From a virus (taxonomy: Duplodnaviria; Caudoviricetes): 64,000 bases of DNA. Position 1 is the first letter of the stretch, and every line of letters begins with the position of its first letter. Under the pieces are notes generated by a model that searched no databases, was not told where the DNA came from, and saw only the letters and a program-made list of their open reading frames with translations. The DNA is taken from positions 192,001 to 256,000 of IMG/VR virus record IMGVR_UViG_3300031993_000004. One strand, written 5' to 3'. Below are positions 8,202 through 20,700 of this stretch, piece by piece. Position numbers and translations under genes: made by a program.

Positions 8202-11200
8202 TTATAGATACATTTTGACAAGTTCGCGGATATACATGTCATCTTCTTCAGTAAATTGATATTCATCGTCATCTTCGCCGAAGAAATAATCAAGATACTC
8301 CGGAAGTTCATCCGCAATCTGATGTGCCAATGTTGAGATTGTACCAGATTGCACATTCAGATCAGCATTCATAAACTCACCCATGTATGGGGCGAACCTA
8401 TCCAATCCGTTTGTAAACGTGCAATTATTGACAATATACGCTTGTTGTTCTTGTGGTATCAACGCATCGTCGAATATCTGCATGTTTGGCGTTTCTTCGA
8501 AAGATGGAATAATCATTGGACCCGTTGGTTCTTCATACGGGATTTCTTCAGTCAGATCAGGCATGATGAAATCATCACCATATCCACCGAACATAGAAGG
8601 ATCTTGCATGAATTCAATCATCGGGTCTTCATAATATGTCTCCACCGTGTCGAACGCTGTCGGAATATACTCTTCATCACCAGATCCAGTGAATCTCCAA
8701 ATCTTCCTCATACGGTTGTATGCTGAGTTCGGAACCCATGGAATGTTTGTTTTGCCAGACAGATACGCAACTGCCGCTGCAGGAGATTGACTCAATCCGG
8801 CACCACCATCAAATCCCTTCGGGGACGTTTGTAGATCAACAATTGGCATTGTGACATGGCCGTCATTCTTACCAGTTCCAGTATTTGGAAGCGCAAGAAT
8901 ATCACCACGTTGCAATTTCGATTGTGAGTAATCCAAAACAGTCCAATCCTTCGACGGACTCTTTGCTGATGCGGAATCAAAGATCAATGTATTTCTAGAC
9001 TGGTTGCCAAGTTCGATTGAACGAAGTCCTTCGTCGCCGGTTGCAGAACCATCTGGATGACGGAGTGTATATCCAAGCTCCTGAATACCTGCGGAGATTG
9101 TACCAGAACAGTCTGGACGAATCTTACGGGTCTTTCCGGAACGTGTTGTGATTGGGTTTGGCCACAGTGAGCACTGGTAAGTCAACGATGGGTTCGTCTT
9201 CTGATATGCTTCGAAGATCTCTGCAACAGAACGAATCAAACGTTCCTTACCCTTCACATTGCTCTTTGTCTTTGTATTTGTCTTTTTAGAGCTTGATGTC
9301 TTTTTCTTGTTTGTCGATGATGTCGTGGTTCTACGAGTATTATTCGAAGACTTTGAATCGCCTCCAACATAACGAACTATGTTCCATGCACCAGCACCAC
9401 CTGAAAATGCTCCAGAACCCATTGCAGAACGCCACGGAACACTGGTTTTTCCATCCAAATATGCTCGTGCCGCGATTGCAGATTGTCTGATGTTCTCTGT
9501 ACCACCAGCATCGAAACCGCTCGGGAATGCTGCAGACAGATTTGTCACAGGGAAGGATGCGTGATATTTGTTACCGGTGATATCTCCAGGTTGGAGATTA
9601 TTTCCAGTAAACTTAAGCAACTTCCAGTCCTTTGAAACAGAACCGTCTGGGTCATGAATGAAGTTCAAATTACCATTCATACCGGTGACATTGTAATGCG
9701 TCGATGATGGTGGGTAATCAAGCTGATAACCCATTGCTGTCATGGCTGCACCCAACATACCAGAACAGTCTGGACGTGCTTTTACAGTACGACCATCACG
9801 GATCTTGAACGTATGCGTGTTCGAATTATCATAATATTTGTCGCCATTGTAATAGTAACCTTCGAACATCATCGCAACAGTTCTGATCCAATCTTCATTT
9901 GAACCACCAATATTCGAATAGTTCGAAGAAGAAGAACTGCTTGACTTCTTTCTGATCTTACGACGTGCTTTTGTTTTTGGACCGACATAACGAATCCAAT
10001 ACGACATTGGAGGTGCGATTGCACCGGCTTGATCTGTCCATTGATGGTCATTGAACCATTTGCCAGGGACCGGATTCAGTCTCGTGTTTGTTGGGAACGA
10101 TCCGTGTGACAGGTAATATTCACCAAGCTTCACAGAGTTCGCAAGTGAATCATCAGCACCACCATTGAAACCAAACCAGTTACCATCCGCGCCTTGGTAT
10201 GCGCCCATGTGGCCGTGGATACATCCACCAATACCGCCAAATGTAATATCGCCGGCTTGTGGATTACCAACACCCATGATCCAGTCTTCAGAAACTTTTC
10301 CGTTTCGATCGAAGATATTCGGATGTCCATCTGTTGATTGGAGACCCCATGAGATTGCACTATGTCCACCTGACGTTGCAGTCATCTGGTCATTACCCTG
10401 ATAGGTATCCGTGTATCCACTGCCTGGGAGATAATAACCCATACGTTTTACGATTGCTGCCATCATAGATGTACAGTGTGTCGGTGAAATCTTATCAATC
10501 ACCATACCGTCATCAAATGTCAAGTTGAACACACTGGTGCCGTTCCAATGAAGATCGCCGCCGGCAGCTTTCTTTGCAGCAACAAAGACTTCGGATGCAG
10601 CTTTGAAGATATCACCCGTACCACCTTCGTAGTAGTATTCATCTTCATACTCATCATCATGCGAACTTCTCGCAGCATTTACAAACTTCGCAAAAGCTTC
10701 CAATACTGAACCGGAATCAATCGACTTATCATAACTTTCCATGAAATCTGTAAGGCTACTGCCATTCTCGTCTTTTCCGTACAGCGTTTCATTGATTAAA
10801 TTAAGCGCTTTTTCCTTTGTACCATCAGCAACTTCTTTCACCTTTTCGGTTACAATTTCTGCCGCCGCGGCTGCCCAGTATTTCGCTTTGTTCTTTTCAT
10901 AACGCTTGCGATAATCTTCATCGCTTTCGCCATAAAGCTTCTCATTGTTGATTGTCGACTTGAACATTTCAAATGCACGGTCATCGATCTTCGAACGTTC
11001 TTCATCTGACAAATCCGCCGTATCCATTTGCGCTTTGGCATACGCATTCTTATCAGATTCAGATGCAAGTCTAGTCTCCACGTCAGCTTGATCAGGATCA
11101 AATAACGTGAAAATACCAGAAGCAAGCGATTTCAACGATGACAATGCATCCAACACATTGTCGTCAAATTTGTATGGTACATCATCGCCGGAACCATACA

Positions 11201-14200
11201 GTCCATCCATTGGTGAACCATTCAAAACATCAACCGTAGATTGTTTTGTCGCTTTTGTCAATTCTTTTGCGGTTTCACTGTTCTTGTTTGTCCCCAACAA
11301 ATTATTCAGGCTGTCTTTCGCAAGCTGTACACTCTTCAGGAATCCTGACTTGACATTGTCTATACCCGATGTGAACAATTCTTTTCCGGTTTCAACAATC
11401 TTCTTGGATGCATTATACAATCCGGGTGCACCAAAGAGTTTTGCGATTGCACCCCATCCTTGCAATGAATGTCCAAGAACAGTTAAGATTGCGCCGAAGC
11501 CAACTTGCAAGATACCGGTTATGATTTGCATAGAATTACCGATGCTTTGAAGAATCGGTACAAGTACTGTCTTCATGACCGCAGTTATTGGCACAAGCAA
11601 TACATCAAGCAAATCTGTTATCATCTTCAGGATTGGCTCCAGTATTTCCATCATCTGTTCAAGGAGTGGACCGATCAATTCCAAGAGCGGTTTCAATCCT
11701 TCGATAATGGAAATAACAATTTGTGAGAGATTGTCAACGAGCTCACGAAGAACTTTTTGCAATGTGAGCATCACAGGTTTGATCGCTTTATATAATGACT
11801 GGAAAGCTTTATTCAGTGGCTTTAACGAGTTCTTGAGTACATTGTGCAGTAGACTCGTGATCTTCTGGACAGCTTTCAACGACATAATTGTCGTCATAAC
11901 TGCTTGCATGATTCCTGTCAAAATACTGAGCATACCACCCAGCACTTTTCCGAAATCATACATTTTCGAATGATTTGCTTTCCGCTTTTGTTTTTCTGCT
12001 TCACGCCGCTGTCTAGCTTCTTCAGCTTTTTGTTTATCGGAATATGTCTCAAACCAGTCTTTGGCTTTCTCTGTTATGTCATCCATGATGTCAAAGAATC
12101 GATTGAAGATAGAGCCCAATGGGGAAGGACTGCTCAACAATTGATCGATTGCGTTTGTCGATTGATCAGACAATGATGCGGGTTTGATTTTTGATTTTTC
12201 TTTCTGCTGTTTCTTAAACGCGTCCAGAACACCTTTACCAAACTCGCTCTTTCCAATCTTATCTTTGAGCTTTCCACCAAATGACGCAATCTTCTGCATG
12301 GGAGCAGAGTTCTTGATCGTGTCTTTCAACTCACCCCAGATGTCGACATTACTTTCGGTTTTCTTTTTTGGTGCTTCATTAATTTCTGTCAATTGATTTT
12401 GCAATCGTTTCATGCGGATATTTTGTTTTGCACGTTTGACAATGCCTGGTGATTCGGATGATCCAGCGAGACCTTCTACAATTGATTTCGCACCACCAGC
12501 AATCTTCTCACCAGAAGATTTGAACATTGATCCGATAAACTTGGTAACACCATTATTCAGAAACAGTTTTGCACCAGAGAGCACAGTCGTAACAAAGCCT
12601 TTGATTGCGGATAGGCCAAAAAGAAGAACTCTTCCAAGAAGAGACTTCTTCTTGTCTTTCTTCGCATTTCGATCCATCGAACCTGTAAAAATCGTTTTGA
12701 TACGATTCTTAATACCGCCTTCTTTCATTGGGTTAAGCGCCGAAAAAATAGACGATGGATTCGTAGATCCTAATTTAGACTCAGCCATCAACACGGATGA
12801 TGATTCGGAGAGTTGTTCCTCGTCTTCACCAGTTGTCCTGATTTGTTCGAATGGTTGGAATTGCGATGGATCCGGAGGTATGATTTCCTCTTCATCATCG
12901 GGTTCATCAACGGGTTCTTCATGCGGTTTCATGACATTTTGTGATACACGCCGCATTCCGAGCTCTTTATATTCTTTTTTGTTGTTTAAGAATTTAACGT
13001 TGATACCGTCATTCAAACGTTCAAAGATCTTTTTGAGAATCTCCAGTTTGATATCTTGTTGACCAAGCAGAAGATGCGCCATTGATTCCGTTGCTGAATC
13101 TTCAATCGTGTCGTTCAAATCAGCAAATGTCGTGATGGGTTTGTCAAGATCTTTCAACTTTTCAGGAGAAAGTGTACTTTTACTGATGATTTTCTGATTG
13201 ATCAGATATCGTAATGTTTTACCTTCGAATTCAAATTCGTCTGAGCTATGGCCGAGACGGGCCATCGTACGCTCGTAAAACATTTTATTGTCGAATACTG
13301 TATCAGTGACCTTATTGGATTCAAACACATTTTTCTTCGCTGCGTTATCAAGCATATACAATGCTTTATTGACAGACGCCGCGAAATTGGACCGAAACTG
13401 TTTATTGGAAATCAGTCTAGATGTAATAATGAACACAATACGTCGCCAATACGTGATGTCATGTCCTTTTGCTTTTGCAAATAACCGAACTGCGCGTTCG
13501 TTTACAACATGATTTCCACCCAGCTCAAAATACTTTGGGCTAATATGGTTGGTTGCTTCGTTACTTGAATACAAATGATACACATATTGCGAAACAAGTG
13601 TACGAAGCAATTCTTTTGCATCAGCAGACGACAACTTCGGATCAACAGATTTTGCAAATGAAACAACATCTGAGATTTGCCGATCAGATATTGCAGATAT
13701 ATTGAATGTAACGTCGATTGATTTTGCAAACTGATTGTCAACCTTTGCAGTTGTCAGACTTCCAGTGTTGGTGACATTGTATCTCTTTCCAGTCACGAAT
13801 GCCGTAATCTGTTTCAGATAATCAGGAATGATGTTAACAATGGATTTGCGCGTCATGTTGTCAAATATCGCCGCGTCTTTATTGAAATCGAGCGCGATAT
13901 ATTTTGAATAATCAATATTCTTTTCAAGTCTATCTCGGAAATGTTCCTTGATGAAAGGAATATCGAATATTTTTGACAACAGGTTATGCTGGAAAGATTG
14001 AACTCGCTCGTTTAATGCTGTATCAAGGTGCGTTAATCCGGTGAAATCCATCAAAACTTCAGAGAATGTTTTTGCGACTTTCGTGCTATTCTCATTGACA
14101 AAGTTTGTGATAGAACCGGCCGTCAGAAATCCTTTCTCAGAATGTATCTGAGCACGACTCTCTTTACGGATTTGCTCACGAATCTTTGATTGTCCATCAA

Positions 14201-14705
14201 GGAACAAATCAAGTTTTTTCGCAATCGTCAACGTAGAGGATTCGATTTTGCGCAAACTCGCAATTGCTTCAGATGATCTATCATTTATCGTCGTGATGAT
14301 TTCAGACGCAGTGTATAATTTAGACTCGATCTGTTTGGATGCAATCTTATATATTTCACGATTCTGTGAACGCATCAGTTCTCGCATATTATCAAAATCG
14401 AGAAGCGTTGACGGGGAATCGTTTGATGATTCATCTTCAAAACGGAAGCCTGCATCGAATTCATCGTCTGCATCATCCAAGAAAACAGACCGATCATCAG
14501 TATCTTCAGTATGTTGTTCGAACCAACGGAATATGGAACGAATATGTCGATTGTTTCTTTTTAATTCAGAAACGCGAACAGTTGTTGACTGATACGTATC
14601 CATGATGGTTGTTTTGATTTCAGCCGCATCTTTTTGTATACCACGGATGGTGTTGTACAATGACGAACGCGACATGATGTCATCGAACAACTGATTCATA
14701 TTCAT
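8202..14705 (-). CDS. Giant tail-associated (tape-measure-like) protein with three tandem NlpC/P60 or CHAP-like amidase domains; paralog of 14778..22433
   Basis: 2167 aa; amphipathic helical repeat region; THCTSMM..GDI..HGH, RPDCSGML..PGDI..YHA and RPDCSGTI..RGDI..GHV modules. Confidence 0.75.
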   Translation of the reverse strand: MNMNQLFDDIMSRSSLYNTIRGIQKDAAEIKTTIMDTYQSTTVRVSELKRNNRHIRSIFRWFEQHTEDTDDRSVFLDDADDEFDAGFRFEDESSNDSPSTLLDFDNMRELMRSQNREIYKIASKQIESKLYTASEIITTINDRSSEAIASLRKIESSTLTIAKKLDLFLDGQSKIREQIRKESRAQIHSEKGFLTAGSITNFVNENSTKVAKTFSEVLMDFTGLTHLDTALNERVQSFQHNLLSKIFDIPFIKEHFRDRLEKNIDYSKYIALDFNKDAAIFDNMTRKSIVNIIPDYLKQITAFVTGKRYNVTNTGSLTTAKVDNQFAKSIDVTFNISAISDRQISDVVSFAKSVDPKLSSADAKELLRTLVSQYVYHLYSSNEATNHISPKYFELGGNHVVNERAVRLFAKAKGHDITYWRRIVFIITSRLISNKQFRSNFAASVNKALYMLDNAAKKNVFESNKVTDTVFDNKMFYERTMARLGHSSDEFEFEGKTLRYLINQKIISKSTLSPEKLKDLDKPITTFADLNDTIEDSATESMAHLLLGQQDIKLEILKKIFERLNDGINVKFLNNKKEYKELGMRRVSQNVMKPHEEPVDEPDDEEEIIPPDPSQFQPFEQIRTTGEDEEQLSESSSVLMAESKLGSTNPSSIFSALNPMKEGGIKNRIKTIFTGSMDRNAKKDKKKSLLGRVLLFGLSAIKGFVTTVLSGAKLFLNNGVTKFIGSMFKSSGEKIAGGAKSIVEGLAGSSESPGIVKRAKQNIRMKRLQNQLTEINEAPKKKTESNVDIWGELKDTIKNSAPMQKIASFGGKLKDKIGKSEFGKGVLDAFKKQQKEKSKIKPASLSDQSTNAIDQLLSSPSPLGSIFNRFFDIMDDITEKAKDWFETYSDKQKAEEARQRREAEKQKRKANHSKMYDFGKVLGGMLSILTGIMQAVMTTIMSLKAVQKITSLLHNVLKNSLKPLNKAFQSLYKAIKPVMLTLQKVLRELVDNLSQIVISIIEGLKPLLELIGPLLEQMMEILEPILKMITDLLDVLLVPITAVMKTVLVPILQSIGNSMQIITGILQVGFGAILTVLGHSLQGWGAIAKLFGAPGLYNASKKIVETGKELFTSGIDNVKSGFLKSVQLAKDSLNNLLGTNKNSETAKELTKATKQSTVDVLNGSPMDGLYGSGDDVPYKFDDNVLDALSSLKSLASGIFTLFDPDQADVETRLASESDKNAYAKAQMDTADLSDEERSKIDDRAFEMFKSTINNEKLYGESDEDYRKRYEKNKAKYWAAAAAEIVTEKVKEVADGTKEKALNLINETLYGKDENGSSLTDFMESYDKSIDSGSVLEAFAKFVNAARSSHDDEYEDEYYYEGGTGDIFKAASEVFVAAKKAAGGDLHWNGTSVFNLTFDDGMVIDKISPTHCTSMMAAIVKRMGYYLPGSGYTDTYQGNDQMTATSGGHSAISWGLQSTDGHPNIFDRNGKVSEDWIMGVGNPQAGDITFGGIGGCIHGHMGAYQGADGNWFGFNGGADDSLANSVKLGEYYLSHGSFPTNTRLNPVPGKWFNDHQWTDQAGAIAPPMSYWIRYVGPKTKARRKIRKKSSSSSSSNYSNIGGSNEDWIRTVAMMFEGYYYNGDKYYDNSNTHTFKIRDGRTVKARPDCSGMLGAAMTAMGYQLDYPPSSTHYNVTGMNGNLNFIHDPDGSVSKDWKLLKFTGNNLQPGDITGNKYHASFPVTNLSAAFPSGFDAGGTENIRQSAIAARAYLDGKTSVPWRSAMGSGAFSGGAGAWNIVRYVGGDSKSSNNTRRTTTSSTNKKKTSSSKKTNTKTKSNVKGKERLIRSVAEIFEAYQKTNPSLTYQCSLWPNPITTRSGKTRKIRPDCSGTISAGIQELGYTLRHPDGSATGDEGLRSIELGNQSRNTLIFDSASAKSPSKDWTVLDYSQSKLQRGDILALPNTGTGKNDGHVTMPIVDLQTSPKGFDGGAGLSQSPAAAVAYLSGKTNIPWVPNSAYNRMRKIWRFTGSGDEEYIPTAFDTVETYYEDPMIEFMQDPSMFGGYGDDFIMPDLTEEIPYEEPTGPMIIPSFEETPNMQIFDDALIPQEQQAYIVNNCTFTNGLDRFAPYMGEFMNADLNVQSGTISTLAHQIADELPEYLDYFFGEDDDEYQFTEEDDMYIRELVKMYL

Positions 14706-14730
14706 TCACTTCCTTTCAAATAAATTAACA

Positions 14731-14764
14731 GATGTGGAGGGCTCTTTCGAGCCCTTTCCACATC
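14731..14764 (-). terminator. Hairpin, probable terminator or attenuator between the two giant genes
   Basis: GATGTGGA-GGGCTC-tttc-GAGCCC-ttTCCACATC. Confidence 0.55.
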
Positions 14765-14777
14765 CGTGTTATTCACA

Positions 14778-17700
14778 TTATCCCACAGACAGACGTTCGA
14801 TTTGTCTGGGGATACCTTGATCTGGAAAAGCTGCATCATTTCTTGATTGCTTACTTGTCCGTGATTTCGTGGTTGCAGTTTGACCACGCTTCTTACGCTC
14901 ATTCATGAGCTTCAGCATTCCAGCTAACAACGATTCGATCTCTTCAGAACGAATGTTGTACGTGTTCGACATCAATGCATTGATGACGTCTTCGGTGTTT
15001 GTATCAACTGCGTAATTATTCACGACCACCGGAGCTGCTGTTTGATCACCGGATTCTCCCGTATCCAGGAGTTTGTTCAATGTTGTATTAAATCCGGTCG
15101 GTATTGTTGTGATGGTATCACCGCCACCATTCAGGAGAGGACTACTCCACACCCAATCGTTGTTTACTTTTTCTGCCTGTGCATTTGCCCAAGCAATTGC
15201 AGCTTCAACTTGAGCGCGATCCTTTGAGACTTGGGATACAGTTGTTGTAGTTGTTGTTCCCTGATTGTTGGCTGAATTGATGACATTTGTACCATCGTTT
15301 ACTTGAGCCGGTGCAATGTCAGGCCAATGGATTTGACCATTTTTGACATAGATCTTACCAGCGTTCTTGTAATTCTTATAGTACAGATTGCCATCTGTTG
15401 TGTCATATATAACACGATGTGTGTTATGCGATGCTGTCGCTGCATATCCGCCATAACCATTGAAGTCATTGATCAAATCCGTTCGGCTCATCTTATTTGC
15501 ATAAGACGACGAATATGATGAAAAGATTGAACGCCATACTTTACGCAGATCATCAGTAGAGATACCACCAGATGGAATTCCTTCCATATATGTGAATGTA
15601 CTCTGGCTGACTGTTTGCTTTGCAGGAACTTTATCGTCGTTGTCATACTTCTCAATCAGAGCTTTTGCGTTCTTACCAGCTGTCGTAGCTGGATAACTCT
15701 TACTGTCGACATAGATTTCAACGAATTTTCCATTGCGGAAGTTTGCGATATGCTTTGTATACGTATGTTTATCGATCCAATTCTTGTTTGCCATGGCGTT
15801 GTTCGGAACAGGGACATAGTATTCGAACAACTTCTGGCCGGCAGCGTTCCATGCAGTTCCTGTCAGACCGGTTGATTTCTGATCGTACTTTGCTGGAACA
15901 CCATCCGTTTTGTCTTCTTGGACCGTTGCATTATACTGCGCACTTGATGCTGCAGCAGTATTGCTGAATCCAACCTGTTCTGTCAAAGACGATGGCGATA
16001 TAGATGTACCACCATTGTAGCTGATGTTTGATGCGTCACCGCTATCATTGATATATCCTTCGTCAAGCAACCAGTTATACACACCAACCGCAGTACCGAT
16101 ATATTTTCTCGGTCCTTCAATCGTATGAATACACGCTGGAACGAGTGCTCCACGGAAGAAATGCTCGGAACCTTCGATGAGATCTTGTTCGTTCATATAT
16201 GGACCATACAAGTCACCCCATGTCAGTTCCCAACCACTACGACCTGTTGCCGCATTATATGCTTCCAAGTCGGCGGAATCATAATCCGTATGACGTACTT
16301 GCGCACGGAAATCCTTAGAATCTCCGTCGAAGTATGTACGCTGAATATATTGAAGCTGCTCTTCCACAGTATCACCATAATCAACGTTCTTGTCCATCCA
16401 GTTCATGATACCAACTGCTTGTTGGCCATTGTAGTCGTACGTGGTATTCGTCAATGACTTTGAACCCCACAGCTTTTCACCAGCATCTTCCCAGATACCA
16501 GTCGATGTGATGGTTGCAACTTCAGGACCAGTCAAGCCGGCACTGAATGCAGTTTGCATAAACTTCGAAACGCCCGTTTTGTTTTTATGCAGATCCCACA
16601 CATTTCCATCTTCCAATTGACCTGAGAAATCAATCGGGCCATATGGTGCACCAGAACGACCTTCATGCCATTTGAAGAATGTATGCGGGTTATACAGCAT
16701 ACTTCCATCGGATGTTTCGATTTGGTAATGCAGATGAGGACCAGTAGAATTACCAGTATTTCCAACATGACCAATGACGTCACCACCGCTAACCTCGTCA
16801 CCAACTTGCAGACTGGATGGTTCGACCATATGGAAGTACGAGTGAATATCTCCACCAACGTCCTGAATACGAACTGCATTACCGCCGCTTCCATATGGTC
16901 CGGAATAGATGACAACACCATCAGTTGTTGCACGGATTGGTGTTCCCTCTGGACCGTGGAAGTCAGTACCTGTATGTGAAGATCCATCAAGACCGATAAC
17001 CTCTTCATTGGCACCAGTCGTTCCATATTTCTGATATGCGGATGACATACCAGACATACCAGGCATGGTATTTTTCAACCATTCCAGCATTGGAATATTT
17101 GGCCAGTAACCTGCACTGTTCTTCCAGTGTACAGCATCAGAGGTATCAAATACAGATGGAGTATATTCATCGGTGTACAAACGTGCACCGTTATCAGAAT
17201 AGAAGCCTGCATCTTCGTCGGAATCCCAATAATCACCGACCATATCTTGAAGCTTGGAGAAGAATGAACCTTGCTGAACAGCATCATCATATGTTTCCAT
17301 AGACGAGATGAGATCATCAAGCATACCATTCTCGTATTTACCCGTTTCCGGATTATACGTTCCAAGATTTGTATCGATGTAATGTCTGACGGTTCCTTCG
17401 TCGGTTCCGGCTTGTTTCTTGGCAGCTTCTTCAAGTTGTTGCATACCAGCTTGTGTCAAATAACGCTGATATGTTTTCGCTTCTTTGAATCGCTTTTCAT
17501 ACTCAGCATCCGTTTCCTTCTCGAATCTCGGATTTTCTTTCTTGAACAAATCAAATGCTTTTTGTATGAATGAAGTCCGTTCTTCTTCTGTCATATCTCC
17601 GAGGTCATTCATTGTCTTCTGGTAACTTAGCTTATCCTTCTCTTCTTTGAGTTTTGCCTCAACAGAATCATCACCAGTAAACATACCGATGATACCACTG

Positions 17701-20700
17701 ACGAGATCCTTCAATGTTGACAACTTGTCTTGGACTTCGTCTGAGAATTGGAATCCGGCATCACCAGAGCCGTAGATGTTGTATCCACCAGCAGGTACAT
17801 CTCCAGATCCATACAGACCTGCAACAGAGTTTGCTGCGAGCGACGAGATAGAACGTCTTTCGATGCGTCCATTCATCGGATTCGACACGAATGCCGTTCC
17901 ACCAGACGAACCGATGACATTCATAAAGTGGTTATTACCCTTACGCGTTGTAAAGTCTGTACCAGAGCCAATGATTGTGATTGGATTATGCGGGGATGCA
18001 TACTTCAGCGATGCAGGTGTTACACCGCCAGCACGCAGATTCATACCCATTGAACCAGCTGTACTCATGAAACCAGATACAGATGTACCCAGATTCGGGC
18101 TGTATGCACCAGAAGATGCCATAGCCGTCGTCAAGCCACGTGCATTAACAGAATTTCCGGAGCGTCTGGCATATGCATCGGCCAATGCAATTGGTCCACA
18201 TCCACGCGAACCCATATTCATGTAGTTGCCAAAACGATTCTGGTTCGCTCCGGCACCACCATACATGGAAAGTACATCGCCGTTACCATAAATGATACCA
18301 TCCATTGGAGAACCATTCAAGGTTTCAACGACACCTTCTCTGTAGCTTGTTGTTCTTTCCTCTTCAGTGCTTTCTTCCTTATCACTAATACCCAGAATAT
18401 TCGAAGCAGTCGATTTAAGCAGTGACAAACTGCCAGCAAGACCAGCTTTTACATTTCCTGCACCGGCAGTCATGAGTTCCTTACCGGATTCAGCAATCTT
18501 CTTACCAGTGCTAGAAAGTCCAGGTGCACCAAAGAGTTTCGCAATTGCACCGATACCAACCAATGTGTTACCAAGCACCGTCAGAATAGCACCAAATCCA
18601 ACTTGAATAAGGCCTGTAATCTGTTGGAGCGAGTATCCAACACCTTGGAGAATCGGAACAACAACTGTTTGGAGAATTGCAGTCAGCGGAACAATCAAGA
18701 CATTGATCAAATCCGTCAACATATCGAGAATCGGTTTCAAGATATCGAGCATCTGTTCAAGCAGAGGTCCGATAGCTTCGAGCAACGGTTGAATGAACTT
18801 GATAACGGATTCAACAATCTCAACAACATATCCAACGATCTGTCTCAGAACGTTTTGGATCGTCTTCATGACCGGTTTGATTGCCTTATACAAAGACTGG
18901 AATGCTTTGTTCAACGGTTGCAATGCCGTCTTCAGCACTTTCATGCCGAGACTCATGATTGCTTTTACAGCTTTCATGGACATGATGACCGTAAGAACCG
19001 CCTGGAGCAATCCGCCCAGAATACTTGTCATACCACCAAGAATCTTACCGATGTCAAAACCGATTCCCTTCTTAGCGGTAGATTGTGTTGTTGGTTGCTG
19101 ATTGATCTCGGAGAGCATCGAACTCGGATCAACCTGCCGTTGCTTTCCAACGTTTTCGTTGATCTCTTCAAGACCATTTCCACCAGTAGTTGCATCGGTG
19201 GTTGTAGATGCAGCCGTTCCACTTGCAGCGGAACCACCGGCCGTTTCTGATTTGCCCGTTAGTTTGTTGATACCTTCTTTGACCACGTCGCCAATACCAG
19301 TGAGCTTCGTAATGATGGTTCCGAACACAGATCCAGTGCCATCTTTACTCTTCAAGATATCGGCAATCGACTTCGTCATTTGGTCAGACAGTGTTTCAGC
19401 TTTCATTTCTTTGTTTGATTTCTTTTTCTCAAACGCAGACATGAAACCTTTACCGAAGTCTGTTTGTTTGAAGCGTTCAACAAAGTTATCCATCGCACGG
19501 GTGATTGCGTTACCCTTCTTGGTCTCTTCTTTTTGTTCAGCAACATCTTCACTAATCTTCGTGAGTTGTGCTTTCAACTCAGGATCAGCAGTTGATGGAC
19601 GGGAGAAGTCTTTTCCTTCACCAATGTCTGACAACACTGACATGTCAACTTTTGATTGGTTCCGGTTGTCATCCAATGCGACCAATGATGCCATCGAGAC
19701 GTCTGTCTTTGGCACCTCAATCGGTTTGGTTGCTGCAATAGGAACTTCATTGATTTCGACCAGTTGACTAGTCAGCTGTTTCAGGTTTCGAGCTTCTTTC
19801 CATCGTCCAACAAGGCCGAGTGATTCATCTGAACCAAAGATACCTTCTTTGATTGCTCGTGCTCCACCAGTGATCCGTTGTCCAGATTGTTTGAAGCTCT
19901 CAATAATTGGTGCAAAGAGTTTCTGACCAAGTGTTGTCAGGAATGTTTTTGCAGATTGTAGCTTTGGGAGAATGAATGTTTTCGCAAGACCAAGAGCCCA
20001 TGTCAGAATCTTACCGAGGCTGGATTGCGCAGGCTTTTTTGTCTCAGCTCTTTGCAGAGTACCCTCAACAACTTTTGCAAGCCGGCTTTTCAGTTTAGGG
20101 TTCTTGATTTGAGAGATCTGCTCCATTAACGGACCAACGTCTTCTTTCGTATCTCCGTCTTGAACAGATGCATTCATCGCAGCCAAAACAGCTTCAGAAA
20201 TCGCTTTATCGTTTTTATCGTCTTCCGATTCACCGAGATTCGCCAACTCCCGTCCTGCCAAGGTCTTGTTGTATTCGATCAAGGCGGTATCAACAGTCGA
20301 CGCTTTCAGAGATGCCATATCAGTTGATATGTTCTCTTTCATTTGGCGAATCGGTTCTAAGACAATATCACGAATAGATTCCATTGTGTTGTGCAATGGA
20401 CTGATGGTAGGTTGTTGACCAGACTGTTCTTGTGTTTGCCCACCAGGTTGTTGTGTCGGTGTAGGTGGTGGTGGTTGCTGATCATCATTGTCTTCCTGTT
20501 CAGATGTGTCAGCTGGTTTTGGTCCAGGGAGTGACAATACACCATTATCAGAAATCAATGGTATTTGTGTTTGTTGAACATGTCGCAACTTCATCTTTGG
20601 GTATCTGGTCTTTCTGGGATTTGCCCAGACATTGATACCGCGATTCAAAATTGCAAATATAGAGGCCAAATAATCAATAGAAGAAGCCGTTACATCACGG

